This document shows, piece after piece, positions 39,887 to 54,683 of a stretch of 64,000 bases of DNA. Within the stretch, counting starts at the first letter, position 1. Each line of letters starts with the position of its first letter. This DNA comes from Tubiluchus corallicola (taxonomy: Eukaryota > Animalia > Priapulida), in assembly GCA_030141605.1 (NCBI GenBank), contig JAQGDQ010000011.1, positions 616,066 to 680,065 of the forward strand. Direction: 5' to 3'. A model generated the notes under the pieces. The model ran no database searches. It was not told the DNA's origin and saw only the letters and a list, made by a program, of their open reading frames with translations. Both the position numbers and the translations under genes were made by a program.

Positions 39887-40909
39887 AAACTTTTTACACG
39901 AGCTTAATGCATGATTGCTGTACTCTGCAATTTAACAATTCTGTGTTTCATTTTCATTTTCATTTTCCTGTGTCGCGATGCAGCATAAAGCTATGGCAGG
40001 CTGGAAATTGTTGATTATGTATAGTTTTCGTCGAAGCTAAAGTCTATGTTGTGGAACCTATCATTAAATGGGCTAGCAGCTTTTTTTTGACAGCACAACA
40101 AATCTAAATTTTAAGTTGCGTCAGATTGTTACATTATATTGTGTGACTGATTTTAACACGTTTGCAGATTAGGTGATGTTTAATAATTCAAAGCTCCAAA
40201 CTGTTCTGCACAACGGCATGTCTGATGTATTATTACGATGGCATATTAATAATAAAAATGTTCGATTTTCTTGTGAAAGTAAAATCATGGATAAGCTATG
40301 TGAAGTTTTGTATGCATACGGGATGATAAATCGTATGGTTAATCTAGTCGGGGACAAATTACTATGCAGTTGTTTTCTCATCCAAGATCAGTTGCTTCAT
40401 TATACCCTCAAGACTTCTCCAGCACTTGTTCTTAAATGTTGATGTCTTATTCGTAATACATGTCATTCTTGAAAAAACGGTATGTGCCCTAGCTTTCAAC
40501 CGGATAGATTGTTTTGACCTATAGTTTAAGATAGGGTCTAGTTTTCCTTTAATTATGTTGGAAAATAATGAAACACTAAAAACTTAATGAACAAAAATAA
40601 AAAATTAGGTACAGTTGTAATAGTACTGTGCCTAAATTTCTCTTGTCCAAGTCCCTTGTGCCCAAAATGTCCCAAATATATCCCATGCCCAAATGTCATG
40701 TACCCAGCTGCATTCTCAGGAAACGAAAAGAAAGACAGGTTACAGTTTTTTACAGTTCTTTGCCGCACTGTAATCATGAGTAATGTGCTCCTATCGAACG
40801 GCCTGAATGAAGTGCCGCTAAGTCGACACTAACTCCCCGAAACTTTGCCCATAGATAATAATATACACGCTTTGCCCAAATTTAAGGTTTCTCCCCTTGC
40901 TCACTAAAA

Positions 40910-41465
40910 CCTGCCGGAGGACAAATGTTAACATATTTAGATTTCGCAAAATAAATAAATAAATAAATAAATACGTAAAAGATCTATATGAAAAAATAAA
41001 AGAAGAACCTTGGACAAGAAAAATAAAAATCGCCGTTTAAGATGGATTGGGCATATGCTTAGACTACCTGATGATGTTCCAGTGAAGATAGCTCTTCAAC
41101 AAGCCATAGAACCAGCTAAAAACCTACAGGAGGACAAATGTTAACATATTTAGATTTTGCACAGAAAGATTTAGACACTTCAGCATTGATCCTTAGAAAT
41201 AAATGCACTTGGGGCAATGCAGCGTGTAGGGAGTCCTGGCATAGAGAGGTGAGCAGAATCATGTCCCTGGACGTATGATTCTTTGATGATGATGATGACA
41301 AATGTTAACTTATTTAGATTTTGCACATAAAGATTTAAACACTTCAGCATTGATCCTTAGAAATAAATGCACTTGGGGTATTGCGGCAAGCAGGGAGTCC
41401 TGGCATAGGGAGGTGAGCAGAATCATGTCCCTGGCCATATGATTCATTGGGTGATGATGATGATT
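40910..41465 (+). mobile_element. RTE LINE 3' ends, tandem partial copies
   Basis: EEPWTRKIKNRRLRWIGHMLRLPDDVPVKIALQQAIEP. Highly similar to 37490-37820. The terminal segment from acaaatgttaac.tatttagatttt to (GAT)n is repeated. Confidence 0.85.
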
Positions 41466-41961
41466 AGAAGACGCTGTCAAGTTTTTAAGTTGATTGATAA
41501 CTGTAACTGTAAGTGATTCAAATTCTGCTGCAATATAAAATTACCGTTTTTTAAATATTTGTATTTAGTAATGTAAACCAAGAAACTTTAAAATCTTTAT
41601 TACCTGATGTATTTGTATATATATTAAATAGATTCAGTTTAATAAGGAAATAGTCTTTCTGTTTTACAGTTTTATAATGAATCTTAGTGTTAGTAGACTA
41701 TTGTTAGTATGAATTCAAATTTAAAATTAGGCAGAACGGAGGCATATGAAGAGTTAGAGTGATACATGCTGCCTAATTCTGTGATGGGAATTATTTCGAG
41801 TTAGTTTTTTTTAGAATTCTTGGTGAGAAAATTTTAGAATGTCTTATTGGCTAAACGAAATGATGATTATTTTTTATAGTGTGAAACACATGTGTTAACT
41901 AACGATATACAACTTCGTTTGCTTAAACATTTGTATCTGCATTGGAATTGTCTACAAGAGA

Positions 41962-44900
41962 ATGGAAGATGGTTCTACTGCCACGTCATCCTCTCTTCTC
42001 TCATTTATACAAAGCAGACTCGACAATGAGTACACAATGAACACTGGGTAGGGTTGTTAGTTTTATTCTCCATGGGCATTTCTTTACAATGATCAATTGC
42101 ACATGTGCATTAGGTGCACTTAAACATATGTATGTCAGCCTAAATAAAAACTCACTAATCCAAGCAGTTTTGAGGGTGTTCGAAAACAGCAAGTTGGGCC
42201 ACATTACATCCCAAGTTTTAGGATAGTAAGTGATGACTTTAAATGGTAGAGAGAGCGTCGTTATCCACTGTCAAACCTTCGATGGTGTTTTTATAACACT
42301 GTCAGGGCGGCACAAATAAAATTGTTTCTGTCATACCGCATGAGCTCAAAAGATATCAGTAGGAAAGGAGGAAAAAAAATTTTCAAAAAAATTTTTTTAA
42401 TGAGTTGTGAATGTTTAAAGCTGAATCCTGTAATGTCTAAAATCAGTTGAAATCAAAGTTTGTTTATTTGCCACTGGTTAGCAATAATGTTTTAAACTTT
42501 TTTAAAGCACATTTTTCACGCTTTTAGTTTTTTGTTTCGGATTACTAAATTATTGTATAATTATCGATTATCGTATACTTTTTTTTGTATTTCTTTTTGA
42601 ATGTTTGTTCTGATAATTATGGTATAAGCGGCAACATTACTCGCCCTTTAATATGCTAAATTGTGAGAAAATACGATGCTTTTTAGCTTCCAATACGATA
42701 ATCAGCATCATACGAAATGGCAACCCAGGGCGAGAGATAGTGTACAAAAACATGGTTGCCTCCTTGTCGAAACAACGGTGTTATCATAATTATTGCATTT
42801 TACGTTTTAAATTAAAAATATATGCTTTTGTATGACTATATCAAGTAACTACATGAACGTACAGAAAAATTATAAAATGCCCGGCCATGTATGCGATAAA
42901 AACAATTACCTGGGCGGTTAGACAGAAACCAAAGTATTTTTAATTGTCAGCCTCACATTATAGTGTTTTCTATTAAAAGACAGTTTTTGCCAATAATTAT
43001 TTTTTTATTAGGCTTGTTGGTTTTTACTAATGTTAGCTAACAGGAGGAATCCAAGCACTCTATTTATGCTATACACACTCAAATTAAGCAACACGAGGTC
43101 AGGAGAATAGTTCAGTTGTCATACTGTAAAACTAGTATTCAAAGTTGAGCAGTCCTGATTTTTTTCAGTAAATGGATGGGTGACAACCAAGAAAAACTCA
43201 TGTTTACTTTTTTGATGGAAGATGCATATGCATCCAGTTGTGGCTAATGCACCTCTACTGTTTCAGGGTCTCATTTTAGATTTAGGAGAATTTCCTTGAT
43301 AACTAGCTAGGTTCAGGTCGCACCGCAATTATGTACAGTAAGTAGCCTTCCAGATGCATGCTGAATTCCATTTTGCAATGTACTAAGCTGTTTAAAAAAC
43401 ACTTTTTAAATGAAAGCTGTTTAAAATGTGCCAGCATTTTCTATTAAAAGAAATTACGAATGCCAAGGAAAATTGATACTTTACAATGAGTGAAAGACCA
43501 TTCGAGTTCTGGGCTATTCCTGCGAGTGATGAGCATTTACTGTAAACAATGTGCTTGTTAGTGCACCATGACTATGGCGTCTATTGTTTTGATTTTTTTA
43601 TAGAAATGTTTACAAATTGCAAACAACTGAACAAGATCTACATTTCTGGTTCTGCATATTTGTAAATCTATTCATGGAGTAATTTATATTTGCTAGGTCG
43701 TCGACGTCACTCACGGAAAGCATTTCCGCTAATAGCAGCAGAGGAGACAAGCGATCCCCAACCTCATTTGCTAAGCTAATGCCAGCTGTTGCACCACCTC
43801 GCATCCTACTGGAGGCTGCAGAACAGGCTGCAGTCAACTGGGAAAAGGAAAAAGAGGTTCTTGTTTATAAAGTTTGTAAAAGACTAAACTTTAGCCTTTT
43901 TTAATTTTTTTAATTTTCAATTTTGTATAATGATAGCATACATTAAGCAATAATTTTTTGCCAAAGTAACATTTCAAGCAAGTGTCTGGACCAGCAGCAC
44001 TAAAAATTACCATACACCAACAAACAGTAAAATGTGAATAAAGTTCATTTTATTACTTCATCAAAAAAGTTTTGCTGTATGAGTTTGATAATTTGAACGG
44101 ACACACAGTTTAAGTCTGTTAATCTTTCTCGTGCTGTAAAATTTTACTTTGGTACTTTTTCTTTTTGAATGTATATGCTTGTGTGTGTGTGCGTGCGTAT
44201 GCATGCATGTGCGTATACTTGTACTTATTAGTGACTGTACTCATCAGTTGTTACATTTACAGGTAGATGATGCACTCTATGAACGTATTCGATGCACCGC
44301 TCTAGCTCGTCTAGTCTACGGCGATGATCACTGGAAAGTCGCTGAAGCTTACTCTAATCTTGCTGACACGTATCTTAAACTAAAAGGTGTGTAATTTGCA
44401 ATCTTGCTCTTTTGAGTGCACACATTTTTCTGCTGATTTTGTTCTAAGGTGAGTTACTGAACCAGCAGATGTTTTAATCATGTTCTGCTCCATACATATC
44501 CTCCCTTAATGAGATAAATAGTTATAGGCAGTAAAGTATATGAGACTGTTATATTTATAAGTAGGCGTATTTATATTCCATCCTTTTCCTAACATTTTTA
44601 GTACAGTCAAACCTCGTTATAACGCCTGGTCTGAAACACCACTAAATATGGTGCTATAGTGGGGTTGATGGAAAGGCAAGGTTGATTAAGTATCGAAACC
44701 ATTCTACTGTGCAACCTTGATTTTGATTATAGTTAATTTTAATGTGTGATAAATAGTATACCTACAACAGTTGTGTGTTATACTGCTCATTTTTGCTGAT
44801 TAACAATGTAGGTGTAGTTCTACCACAGTACCTTGCAAAACTTTTACGTAACACAGCTTGTAAAAGGCTACTAGACTAGAAGCGACCTTGTGAAATACAT

Positions 44901-47900
44901 TGGTAATCAGCCAACTGCTGATCAGAGAAATATGCACTCACCAGCTCATGGTTCCAACATAACACTGTTATATAATTAAGACTATAAATAGCTCAATTTG
45001 ACCTTGATTCAAGCAGCTTTAACAGCCGTTAAATTCACATCAGTTCAGTACTGAGCCTTAGCTACATAACTCTTTACACACTCTTAAAATGCACGCTCTT
45101 TGCTCAAAAACATCAAGATTTACTTTCATACATTCACTTGCTATGAAACCTAAATCCCAATTTAAACACCATAGTTGTTTTGCTTATCAGAGATCATTGT
45201 TCTTACTACACAGTGGCTGTTTTTCAGTAACAATTCACTGTGCTTTATCTTGGCTGGCATTGTTACAGGGTAGACATTATATAAAATGGCACAACAGGTA
45301 GCGGATGGCGGTAGGCGAAGTAGGCGGTATTCCCTATATTTAATACATTATGAAAATCTGAACAAACCAGACACCAAATAAGACAAAAGTTGGCACTATA
45401 GCAAGGCTGGCATTATCACGAGATTAATATTCGAATTTTGTTTGTTAATAATTTCATTCTGTTATTGGATTTGTTGTTAGAGAGAGAACAAAAATTGAAT
45501 TTGTGTCAGGCCAGTTGATTTATATGCATAAATGTAATCATTAAAAATTGCCAATGATTTTACAAAAAAACAATGAACTGAAGTGATTGTTAGCAGCTTC
45601 AAATGTGATTGCTTGTTAAATGCAGTACCTGCAACATATTAAAGATCAAATTCTCAACCTTCACAAAGTTATCTAACTTTTAGATAAATCAGTAATTGCT
45701 GATATACTATTAATCGACAATTCGTTAGTTTCTGTATCCACTCAAATTGTTTGGTTTTCTGCTGCGACACAATTTTTTTCCTGCATCAACTGGAATAACT
45801 TATTTATGTAAAGTTTGCTATATGTATAAACATGGCAAGCTTCAACTTTGGATTATTTTAGCTAAATTTGAGGAAACTAATTTAATGAACAAGTGAAGTT
45901 AAACCAAAACATCTATAATCATTTTCTTCATGAAAGTTTACTAACACGTCTTCTTAAAAGTGCACTAACTTTTTAGTGCATTTTATTTCGATAATAATTT
46001 TAGTAATTGGCGACACTAAACAGTGCAGGTAACACTGCAACAGAATAATTATTATGAATAATCTGGTGACACCGTTTGACATAAAAGGTGAAAAATTATA
46101 AGCTGATGCCACTTTAATGCAAATTCCAAGTTTATATGCATTTGTTCAAATCCAATAGCAAATATATGATAAATTTTCTCTTAATCTGTGATTATTATTG
46201 TTTTTAATATTATTTCAGAATATCCCTTACAGGCGGAGCTGCACAGCAAACATGCCAAAACTATTCTTAACAACAAAGTGTTACAACAGACATTTAACTC
46301 AGATGAGAAGACTGATTTAACTAGGCTTCTAGTCAATGTTTGTTTGATTCTCGGGACTGCAGAGACTGTTCTTGCTAAGTATCCTTGTTTTAAAACCCAG
46401 TTTGTGCCTGTAGGTTGTTGTTAGCACTTGCTGTTATATTAAAGGTACAGTAGCTTCTCTTAGTTCAGCAGAAATTTTGATAAGTGGCAACACCAATATT
46501 GTAGATAGTGCTAATAAGCAGTAAATTGTTAAGGTGAAGAGAATACACTAAAAGTAAAAAGATTAGTTGACAACTAGTGCACTGCCAACCAAAGTTTAAG
46601 AACACTAGACTTGGTTTGCTCGAATTATGTTAAAAATGAACTTAATATCAGACTTTCCGTATAATATTATTATTTGTAGCAATAATAACAGTGGAGCAGT
46701 AGTTTTGTTGTTAGCGGTAGTGGTTATATTTATAGTAGCAGCAGTAGTATTAGTACTATTGTATTAGTAGTATTGGTAGCAGCAGCAGTAGTGTTAGTAG
46801 TTGATTCAATGTTAGCATTTGTAGTAGAAGTTTTTTATACGGTGTTGTAATTTTTTTGCAAACTTCTGATTGGACTTCTTTCAAAGATGAGTCGATTGTC
46901 ATGAAAGATGAGTTGATTGTCGATCACATCATTAATTACTCGTTGGCATAATTTGTATTGAAAAATTGCATATGTAATTATCAAATTGATGATGCAAATG
47001 TTACTCCTTATCGGTTCACTAACAGATTTTCTGAAGCCGAAAAAACCTTGCAAAAGTGTGAAAAGCTTTGCAAAGAATTGGAGGACTTGTCGTGTTCAGA
47101 TAGCAGTCGGTTATTCCGTGCCACACTGCATGCTCGGGGGAGGTATGTGTTGACTTTGCAAGAACTATTTGTACATGATATAGCATGCTTTTACTTAAAG
47201 TGCAATGATTATCGAATGTGTACATATAAATGCAGTTGTTCCATTGATGCACGACTTATATGTCATCCTTTTTATGTATTTTTATTTGCAGAATTACAAA
47301 AACATAAAATATTATACAAAAATAATAACAGTGATCTTCGACTGCTGTTGATGTAGCTGAATGATACAGTATGCACTCAGCAATCCAAGTTAAGTAAAAC
47401 CCGGCCTGTTTACTAAGTGGATTAATGACCATCAAGAAGAATGTGGCCAAAATACCTTTACCACAGTGTCTCATCTTAGATTATTGTTGCTGATAATGTT
47501 ATTGATTCTGCCATTGCCATACCCATTGACATTAAGCAAAAAGAAAAGTGATTTTTAAAGTGTGACCCATAAAAAATTTCCATTTTTCCTCGCAAAATTA
47601 TATTACTTAGCATTACGCTTTCCTATTTGAAAGACTTATGTAATTTGAAAAGAATATTCTTGATAGTTTATAATATTTGTGTCATGGTAAAACTTCACTG
47701 CATCGCTATCCCAGCGTGCACTACTAATTCGCCAAAAAACATATTATTGATCTTCTTGACAATATAAAGTAATTTATACATTTGCTTAGTTAGTGAAGAG
47801 TGTGCTACAAAAGCTCTGGTTATTTTTTCAAACTCTATGCAATGTTATCTTGACTGCGCCAGTGTGCCTAAAACGGTCATCACATTAGTTTAAATTTGCA

Positions 47901-50900
47901 AATTTTGTACAGAGTTGCTGCTGACACAAGCTCTGTGTGCAGTCAGTAAAACAACTTACCATCAAAATGGCTGCACCTAATGGTCACCATTCATCACGGG
48001 AGTGTAAATAAGAAATTGTGTACTGCTTTGCTAGTTCTGTATGCAATAAGACAGTGTCTAGGTGATATACAATTTCAATACACAATGTACAATACAATAC
48101 AATTGAGAATTTTTTTATGCTTTATTTATAAAGAATGTTTTCATATGCTTTAAAGTTCACTATATAGAGGTGTGGCTCTAGAATCTGTTGACGTAAGCCT
48201 CCTTGTTCCTTGAATGCATCACTTGTACGTCTTCCTCATTGTGTTTTATTGTAGAATGAAAATAACATAGAAAGAATAGAGAAATAATAGCACTGATTTT
48301 CGACTGTTTTGGGGAATTTCAATGGGAAGAGAAATACTAGTAGCTGAATACTGGTAGTAGCTAAATACTGGGCCTGGGTAGTAAATAAATGGATGACCAT
48401 TAAAAACCATTGTGGTTAAAATGCATCTGATGAGTCAATGTCTCATTAGATTATTGTCATTGACAATCAGATAGTTTCTGCCTTTGCCACATCCATCGAT
48501 ATTAAGTAAGTCCTGCTGGTAAGTGATGGATCCCAGCATTGTAGGATGCTAAATTATATAAAAAAGCACTACTGTACCACACCTGTTTAACATTTGGCTG
48601 GGTAACTGTTAGAATGTTGTTAAATTTAATAATATGTAGAAGAAGCGAATTTGTTTGCTTTTTTCCAACTAATCGTGCAATTACAGATCTGTTGAACTGC
48701 AATAGTTACAAACTTCAAAAACTGCATCAGGTAAAAGTATTATTGAAATCGAAACATTTCATCATGCTACCCACGGACTACCACAAATTTGTTGAAACAG
48801 ATTGACTGGAAAAGTTAATAAGATTGATGACAATTTTAAAATGACTCCATTATATTAAACAACACTTCTGCAACACGTTATCACTATGCCTTGCAGAATT
48901 TTGTTGAAAATACGTATCCAGTCACCCATATTTTAAGAAATTTCTGCATCACATTTGTACGATTATGAAACGTATCAATAAAACTTTTAATTTTTGGATT
49001 GCTTCTGTATTGTAGGCTGTACTTGAACCAACCAGGCAAGGCTGAGTCATCAACCAGCTATCTGAAGCAAGCCTTAAAACTGCTAGAAAGACAAGACAAT
49101 TTGGGTAAACACAATATCGAAGGTAGAAAACATAATCAGTAAGTCTGCTTAAATATTTTCTTTAATAATTTTCATTTTCTTTAATTCTCTTTCATACTCG
49201 TTCTTGTTTTTGCTTTAGTTGTCAAGGTCTGCAATTACATTTTTCGTAAATTTGGCGATATTTGGCTGCACAATTTCCTCCAGTCCAATAAAAGTGGAAC
49301 ATCTGACAGCCACAAATGTCTATTATTAAAATTCATACGTTAATAAGTTTTTTTTAAATCAGGCTTAACACTTTGACAGACTACCAGCAAATGTACTATG
49401 CTAGTTAAAAATGTGGAATTATCAGTAATGTACTTAGATTTAAATGCCACATGTATACAGAGAGAGATTGTGTATCGAACAATATTTCAGAAGTGTGTTG
49501 CTCAAGGGCTGTTTTTGCCTTTCAATCAAATTCAGTTTTTGTACTGTGTAACATGGTGCCCATTGTTTGCTATGCAGCAGAGCAGAAAATTTCTATTGGA
49601 ACTGGCATTCATTGTTTGCCTTACAGTTTGCTCGAGTCTAGTAAGCTCTTGCTGTGTACGCGTGACATTTAAGTCTATGGTGTACTACATAGACCATACA
49701 TCACAGTGCAATTTTGATGAAATATGATTGTTTTCATCATACTTAACAATTGACATCTTATGATGTTCTTCAAAGCATATTTGTCCAGTAGTCTATTAAA
49801 AACACACAAGGTTTGATTATTCACATGCACATATAAGTTTGTGCATGTTAATCTCTATTAATCTCTCTTAGCAACAGTGACATTCTGTGAGCATTTGTAA
49901 AGAAGAACTGAGAGTAAATAATGTTTCTTAATGTGCTCAAATGCCAAAAGACAAAAAACAACAAAAAACAGTAAGACTAGGTAAAAATTAGAACAATTTT
50001 CTAATGACAGGGAGCTTTTGGACCTGTATACAGATCTTGGACAAGCCGAATTAAAACTCGGGAATGAGATTCATCTGGAAAAGTCCGTGGAATATCTAGA
50101 ACAAGCAAGAACCATTGCGAACAACATTCACGGAGAGAAAAGTCCTAAATCAGCTGATTTAGCTTGTCTTCTGGCATCAGCTTGGAGTCACATTGATGGT
50201 GTGACTGCGGAAAGTAAATTTTTCTTCAGTTATTTTGACATTTGAGCTATTTTAGATATTTTTGCCCAATTTTACACCAATATTCCATGAGCTGAAAATT
50301 GTTCTACTGTGTCAACAGTCAGGTTTTAATTGCTCGTGAAATTTGCGCAGTTTAACTGCAATCGTGTCTGCTTATGTTGTATGGACCAATCAAAATTGTA
50401 GGAGTAATTGGCTTAAAAGCTTTAAGTTTTCAAAGTTTTAAAGTTGCATTTTATGCCATATTGGTTGTGGAACAATTACATTTTTGCATTGAGCCACTAT
50501 TTACTAGGCAAAATTCCTTATCTAAGTCTGTTATATACATTACATGTCAAATCAATTCTCATAAACCAGTTTCGTACAAGCAATTGCATAGTATCTTGCA
50601 TTTTCTACAGTAACTTTAGGACTTTTCTGTACCATCACGTGGAAACAAAAGGTGACAAAGTTACATTGCCAGTAATGCAGCTGCAATTTATTGTGTCATT
50701 TTAACCCAAATCGAAAAAGAGAGCATCTTGTGACACTTGAAATCTCATGAAAATGCCATATCAAAAAAGTATGATGTCGTACTAGTTAAAATAACATTGA
50801 ATAATATTCAACTTTGCTAATCAGACCATGCAATGCATCAGCTTGCCAACTAGTTCAGTACTATCTGTTAGTGCTTTTGTAATCATCAGTAGTCACAAGT

Positions 50901-53768
50901 CATGTTGTAATGCTGTCATTCATCGTGTTCAAAGATGTAACAGTGGCAATTATTTTGTACATTTACGCTTTTAATTAAACTGCCTGTTTTGTTTTTTTCA
51001 CACATTTTAGGTCAAGCGGAAAGTTGGTATAGATGTGCCGTGGAAACCTACGCGACGTGTCTAGGTGACAGCCACATCAAAACTTTGAAAGTGCAGGACG
51101 ATCTAGCAAAATTCCTAATAAGGACAGATAATTTACAGGTATCATTCTGTGTCTTTTCTGCTTAATCATTTCACTCAATTCATCACTGACTTGGTACAAC
51201 ATTAGGGATGTTAAAAGATACAAATTCGGCGATACAATAAGGATACCGTACAATACTTTTTTCAAAGATACGATATCGATAATCTGTTTTTCAAATGAAA
51301 CAATACGATACGATAAATTATTTTGAACGATAAAAGGGACACTGAACATGTGGTTAGTAATCGTGCAAGTTGTCATAATGTATTGCAATACCGTGCTTTT
51401 GCAGATTGTTTCCCGATGAATGTATAGATACATGAATCTGCAATAAATTTATCTTCTTTGTTTAGTCATAAAATAATATTAATATGAGAACTCTATTACA
51501 CATAATATGTTACACATAGATCTATTACTATATGATATATTTATTTATGTGAGCAGCACTGCTTGCATGTAACAGGGAAAATACCTCTAAAATGCGACAC
51601 TTGGCATTTACAGGACACTAAACTAACTGAAGACAGCTGCTATTGCAGAAAGAAATTACAGGAAAATTACTCAAACAACCTTATAAATAAATAATTAAAA
51701 AATAACTTTTTTATTTTTTGCGTAATTCCAGTGCATAAATGAAAATGCAAAGTAAAATGATTTTATAAAAGTGAGCAATAAGCAGCAATGTGTGCCAAAT
51801 TTGATACGATAATTATATTCCTAGAATAATATCGATGCTATAATAACTAATACTAATACTAGTTAATACTAATAACTAGAACAAATTTTTCGTATCAATA
51901 CGACATTAAATAAAGGCTAGTGTTTCTTTTCTCCATAATGATTCTGACAAGTGTGAAAAAATGAACAAACTCTTTAAACGTATGTATTAGTATATTAAAC
52001 TCGCAGCAGAAACACAGAGAAAAGTAAGAAACATAGATGGATGTTATGAGGTTTGCCATTATAACAGTGTTTTTGCAACAGCTATCATTATCAGTTTGCT
52101 TTATCAGAAAAATCAGTTAATAAACTTACCAGTAACATTCTTACTCCTTACTTTCTACAATCTACATAAAAAATATGTCTCTTAGGATTTTATGTCTCTT
52201 ATGTCTCAAAGCAAATGAAAATGCAAAACTAGAGTAACGCGATCTTTCACTCATAAAGCCTGGTAAGTTTCAAAAATTTCATTTGTAAAAACTGCTTTTC
52301 TGCATTACTTTGGTATCCTCAACTGTATTTCGTGAGACACTTTTATATTGACAGGAATCGTTCGATTTGCTCACACGACTTCTACCAAAAAAGGAAATCG
52401 CTCATGGAGAATACAGTGAAGCCGTTGCAGATTCACACAAACTCATGGGCTCAATCCTTCTCAGTCAAGGACAACTTCAAGCTGCCATTAGACAGTTTGA
52501 AAAGGTACAAACTCAAGATACTCCTGTTTTTGGAGAAGGGGAATAGGGAGTGTACACATTGTGTGCTTGGCTATGATACTTAAGCGGCACCAAGCCTGAT
52601 TTGTAAGTGGATTGGTGACTACTGAGAAAACTGCTTCTGGGAAGTTTCATTTAGGGAGAGTGTATTATATGCAAGGCATCTCAACCACCTAAAAGCAGTT
52701 TTACCGATGCACACACTTTTTCCACACCACATAATTTGGTACAGTAAAACATCATTATAGCCAGCCTGCTAGGGATGCAAATAAGTACTCCTTGATCATG
52801 GTACTCTATAAACACACACGGTTAATCTGTATGACTGCTAGGTGGAACAAGCATTTGTACAGTGTGTTGCTTCATGTATTTTTAGAAGGTGCTGTCAACT
52901 ACTTTACAGTTGTCTAACCAAAAATAAAATAAAATTAATTATTCAAATTCTATGAACTGTATTTGATCACACTAACAAATATTTCATATTATATTGCATG
53001 CATACATTCAGTTTGAATGTACATTTAGTAAAGTCACTGAGATTCAAAAAGTTCGGTCACTTTTTGTTTTTGCACAAAATTTATGTTTATCTCTTATATA
53101 AATATAAGTTTTCCAGCAAAATAACTATAGTAAAGTTTTCATCACTTCATAAAGCATAAATGTCTACACAACTCAAGATAATAATGTTAATAGTACTTTT
53201 GCTAATTGTGTTGTTTGCATACTACTGAAAGGCTTTTTACCAGGATTCAATCCAGAAATAATTTCATATTCATTAGAAAGAGAAAGCACTGTTCTCTTTC
53301 TTTTACTGATTTACATGACTGTACTGCCAGTATACATACATTGCTAATTCCGCTGTAACGTGAAACAATTGTTCTTATACAGTAGACAAAATGACCTTTT
53401 GACAGAACATATCCACAATATATATAATCAACCATGTCTGCTGTAACGCGTTATACAGCACTGTAAGAATTTTAAATAAAGTTTGATATGTTGTATTTAC
53501 TTTAGTGCTTAGATGTTGAGAAACTCGTGTACGGAGATACACACAAGAAAACAGGGGCAACACAGAAGACTATTAATCTCATCAAAAAGTAAGACGATCT
53601 CATTTCTAAAATCATAATATCGAATAATTGTCATAGTCGAACCTGTTGCTAGTCAAGACAGCCAGAGCTTGCAAATGCTAGAACGTTACTGTAATGAATG
53701 TTGCCATTTGTGCTTTCTGTAGAAATCCAAAAAGTGCCGTTTCGTCCGCAAAGATGGCAAAGAGATGA
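41962..53768 (+). CDS. TTC23: Tetratricopeptide repeat protein 23-like (~459 aa, 11 exons)
   Basis: Exons 41962-42047 (least certain), 43697-43856, 44263-44386, 46219-46378, 47026-47142, 49016-49138, 50011-50213, 51011-51138, 52355-52504, 53506-53588 and 53723-53768 are phase-compatible. ERIRCTALARLVYGDDHWKVAEAYSNLADTYLKLK, LQAELHSKHAK, KFSEAEKTLQKCEKLCKEL and CLDVEKLVYGDTHKKTGATQ parallel vertebrate TTC23 as remembered. Confidence 0.9.
42302..42954. mobile_element. Non-autonomous DNA element in TTC23 intron 1
   Basis: Imperfect inverted ends tcagggcggcacaaataaaattgtttctgtcataccgc and gcggttagacagaaaccaaagtatttttaattgtcagcctca. Confidence 0.5.
44603..45430. mobile_element. pogo/Tigger-like non-autonomous element
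   Basis: ta|CAGTCAAACCTCGTTATAACG left end; degenerate right end cattatcacgagattaatatt. Confidence 0.55.
46379..47025 (+). other. U12-type (minor spliceosome) GT-AG intron in TTC23
   Basis: 5' splice site GTATCCTTG. Branch-site-like TCCTTAT at 47005-47011, 14 nt before the intron end, with no polypyrimidine tract. Splicing restores LAK/FSEA in frame. Confidence 0.85.
51203..51910. mobile_element. hAT-like non-autonomous element with ACGAT-type subterminal repeats
   Basis: tagggatg start, then repeated gatacaata/gatacgata motifs; inverse cgtatcaatacgacatt at the right end. Confidence 0.45.
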
Positions 53769-54683
53769 TAGAGACGGATGGGTACATGCCATTGCATATG
53801 CAAAGATAGTGAGCATGTTCTGTGCATAGATGGTTATTGGATTGTTATAGCATAACAATTTGCTCGTGTTGTCTTATGAACTACCTTTATGATCTATTAC
53901 ACTCCCAATGTTGCACTGCCAAGTGCATTCATTTGCACAAAGTAATAAGCTAAAACATCTTTTTTGTATCTGTAACTTTATTAAGCTGAACTGTGATATT
54001 TATTGTATTAGGAGTCTTAAGATGAAGGTTTTATAAACGCATCATTTTCACTGTCTCCTCTTTTTTCAATTCGTTATTCAATGAGTGTTCGGACTTAAAC
54101 CACAATGGTTTATTAATTTCTGGCATTCACAGTCATAATCTAATTAATGACAATTAAATTGAAAGTTCGTGCCACACTTAATGGCTTATGTCTCGAAGCA
54201 ATCCTTTCCAGTTTTAAAATTAAAATCATCAATAGGTATTAAACATTATTAAATTGATGCATATTTTTGTACGTTCTGTATATGGTACTAATGAGCATTC
54301 TCAATGACTGACCTTCAATACATCATTAATGCTGTCTACTTATTTACTTCAGAACAAATTTCATCAAATTTAAATTACCTTGCAGAATGCAAAGCTTCAT
54401 TACGTAAAGCTTTATTTCCAAACTTTGAAACATGACGTTCCAAAGTAGTTTCCTCTGCATTGTCAAGTGCCTACAATTTAAAGACTACTATTAGCAACAA
54501 TTTATTTTACACATTAATAAGTTAAGTTAGTGTTGGAGATAGTAGTTTTTTATTAAATTTTAGACACTTGGCAATGGCAGAGAAAGCTGCCGAAACGTTG
54601 TGTTTCAATGTCTAGAAATAAATTCATTTAGTGGTGAAGTTTTTGCATTACCAACTTGATTTTCTTTATTCAGACACTTCAGT

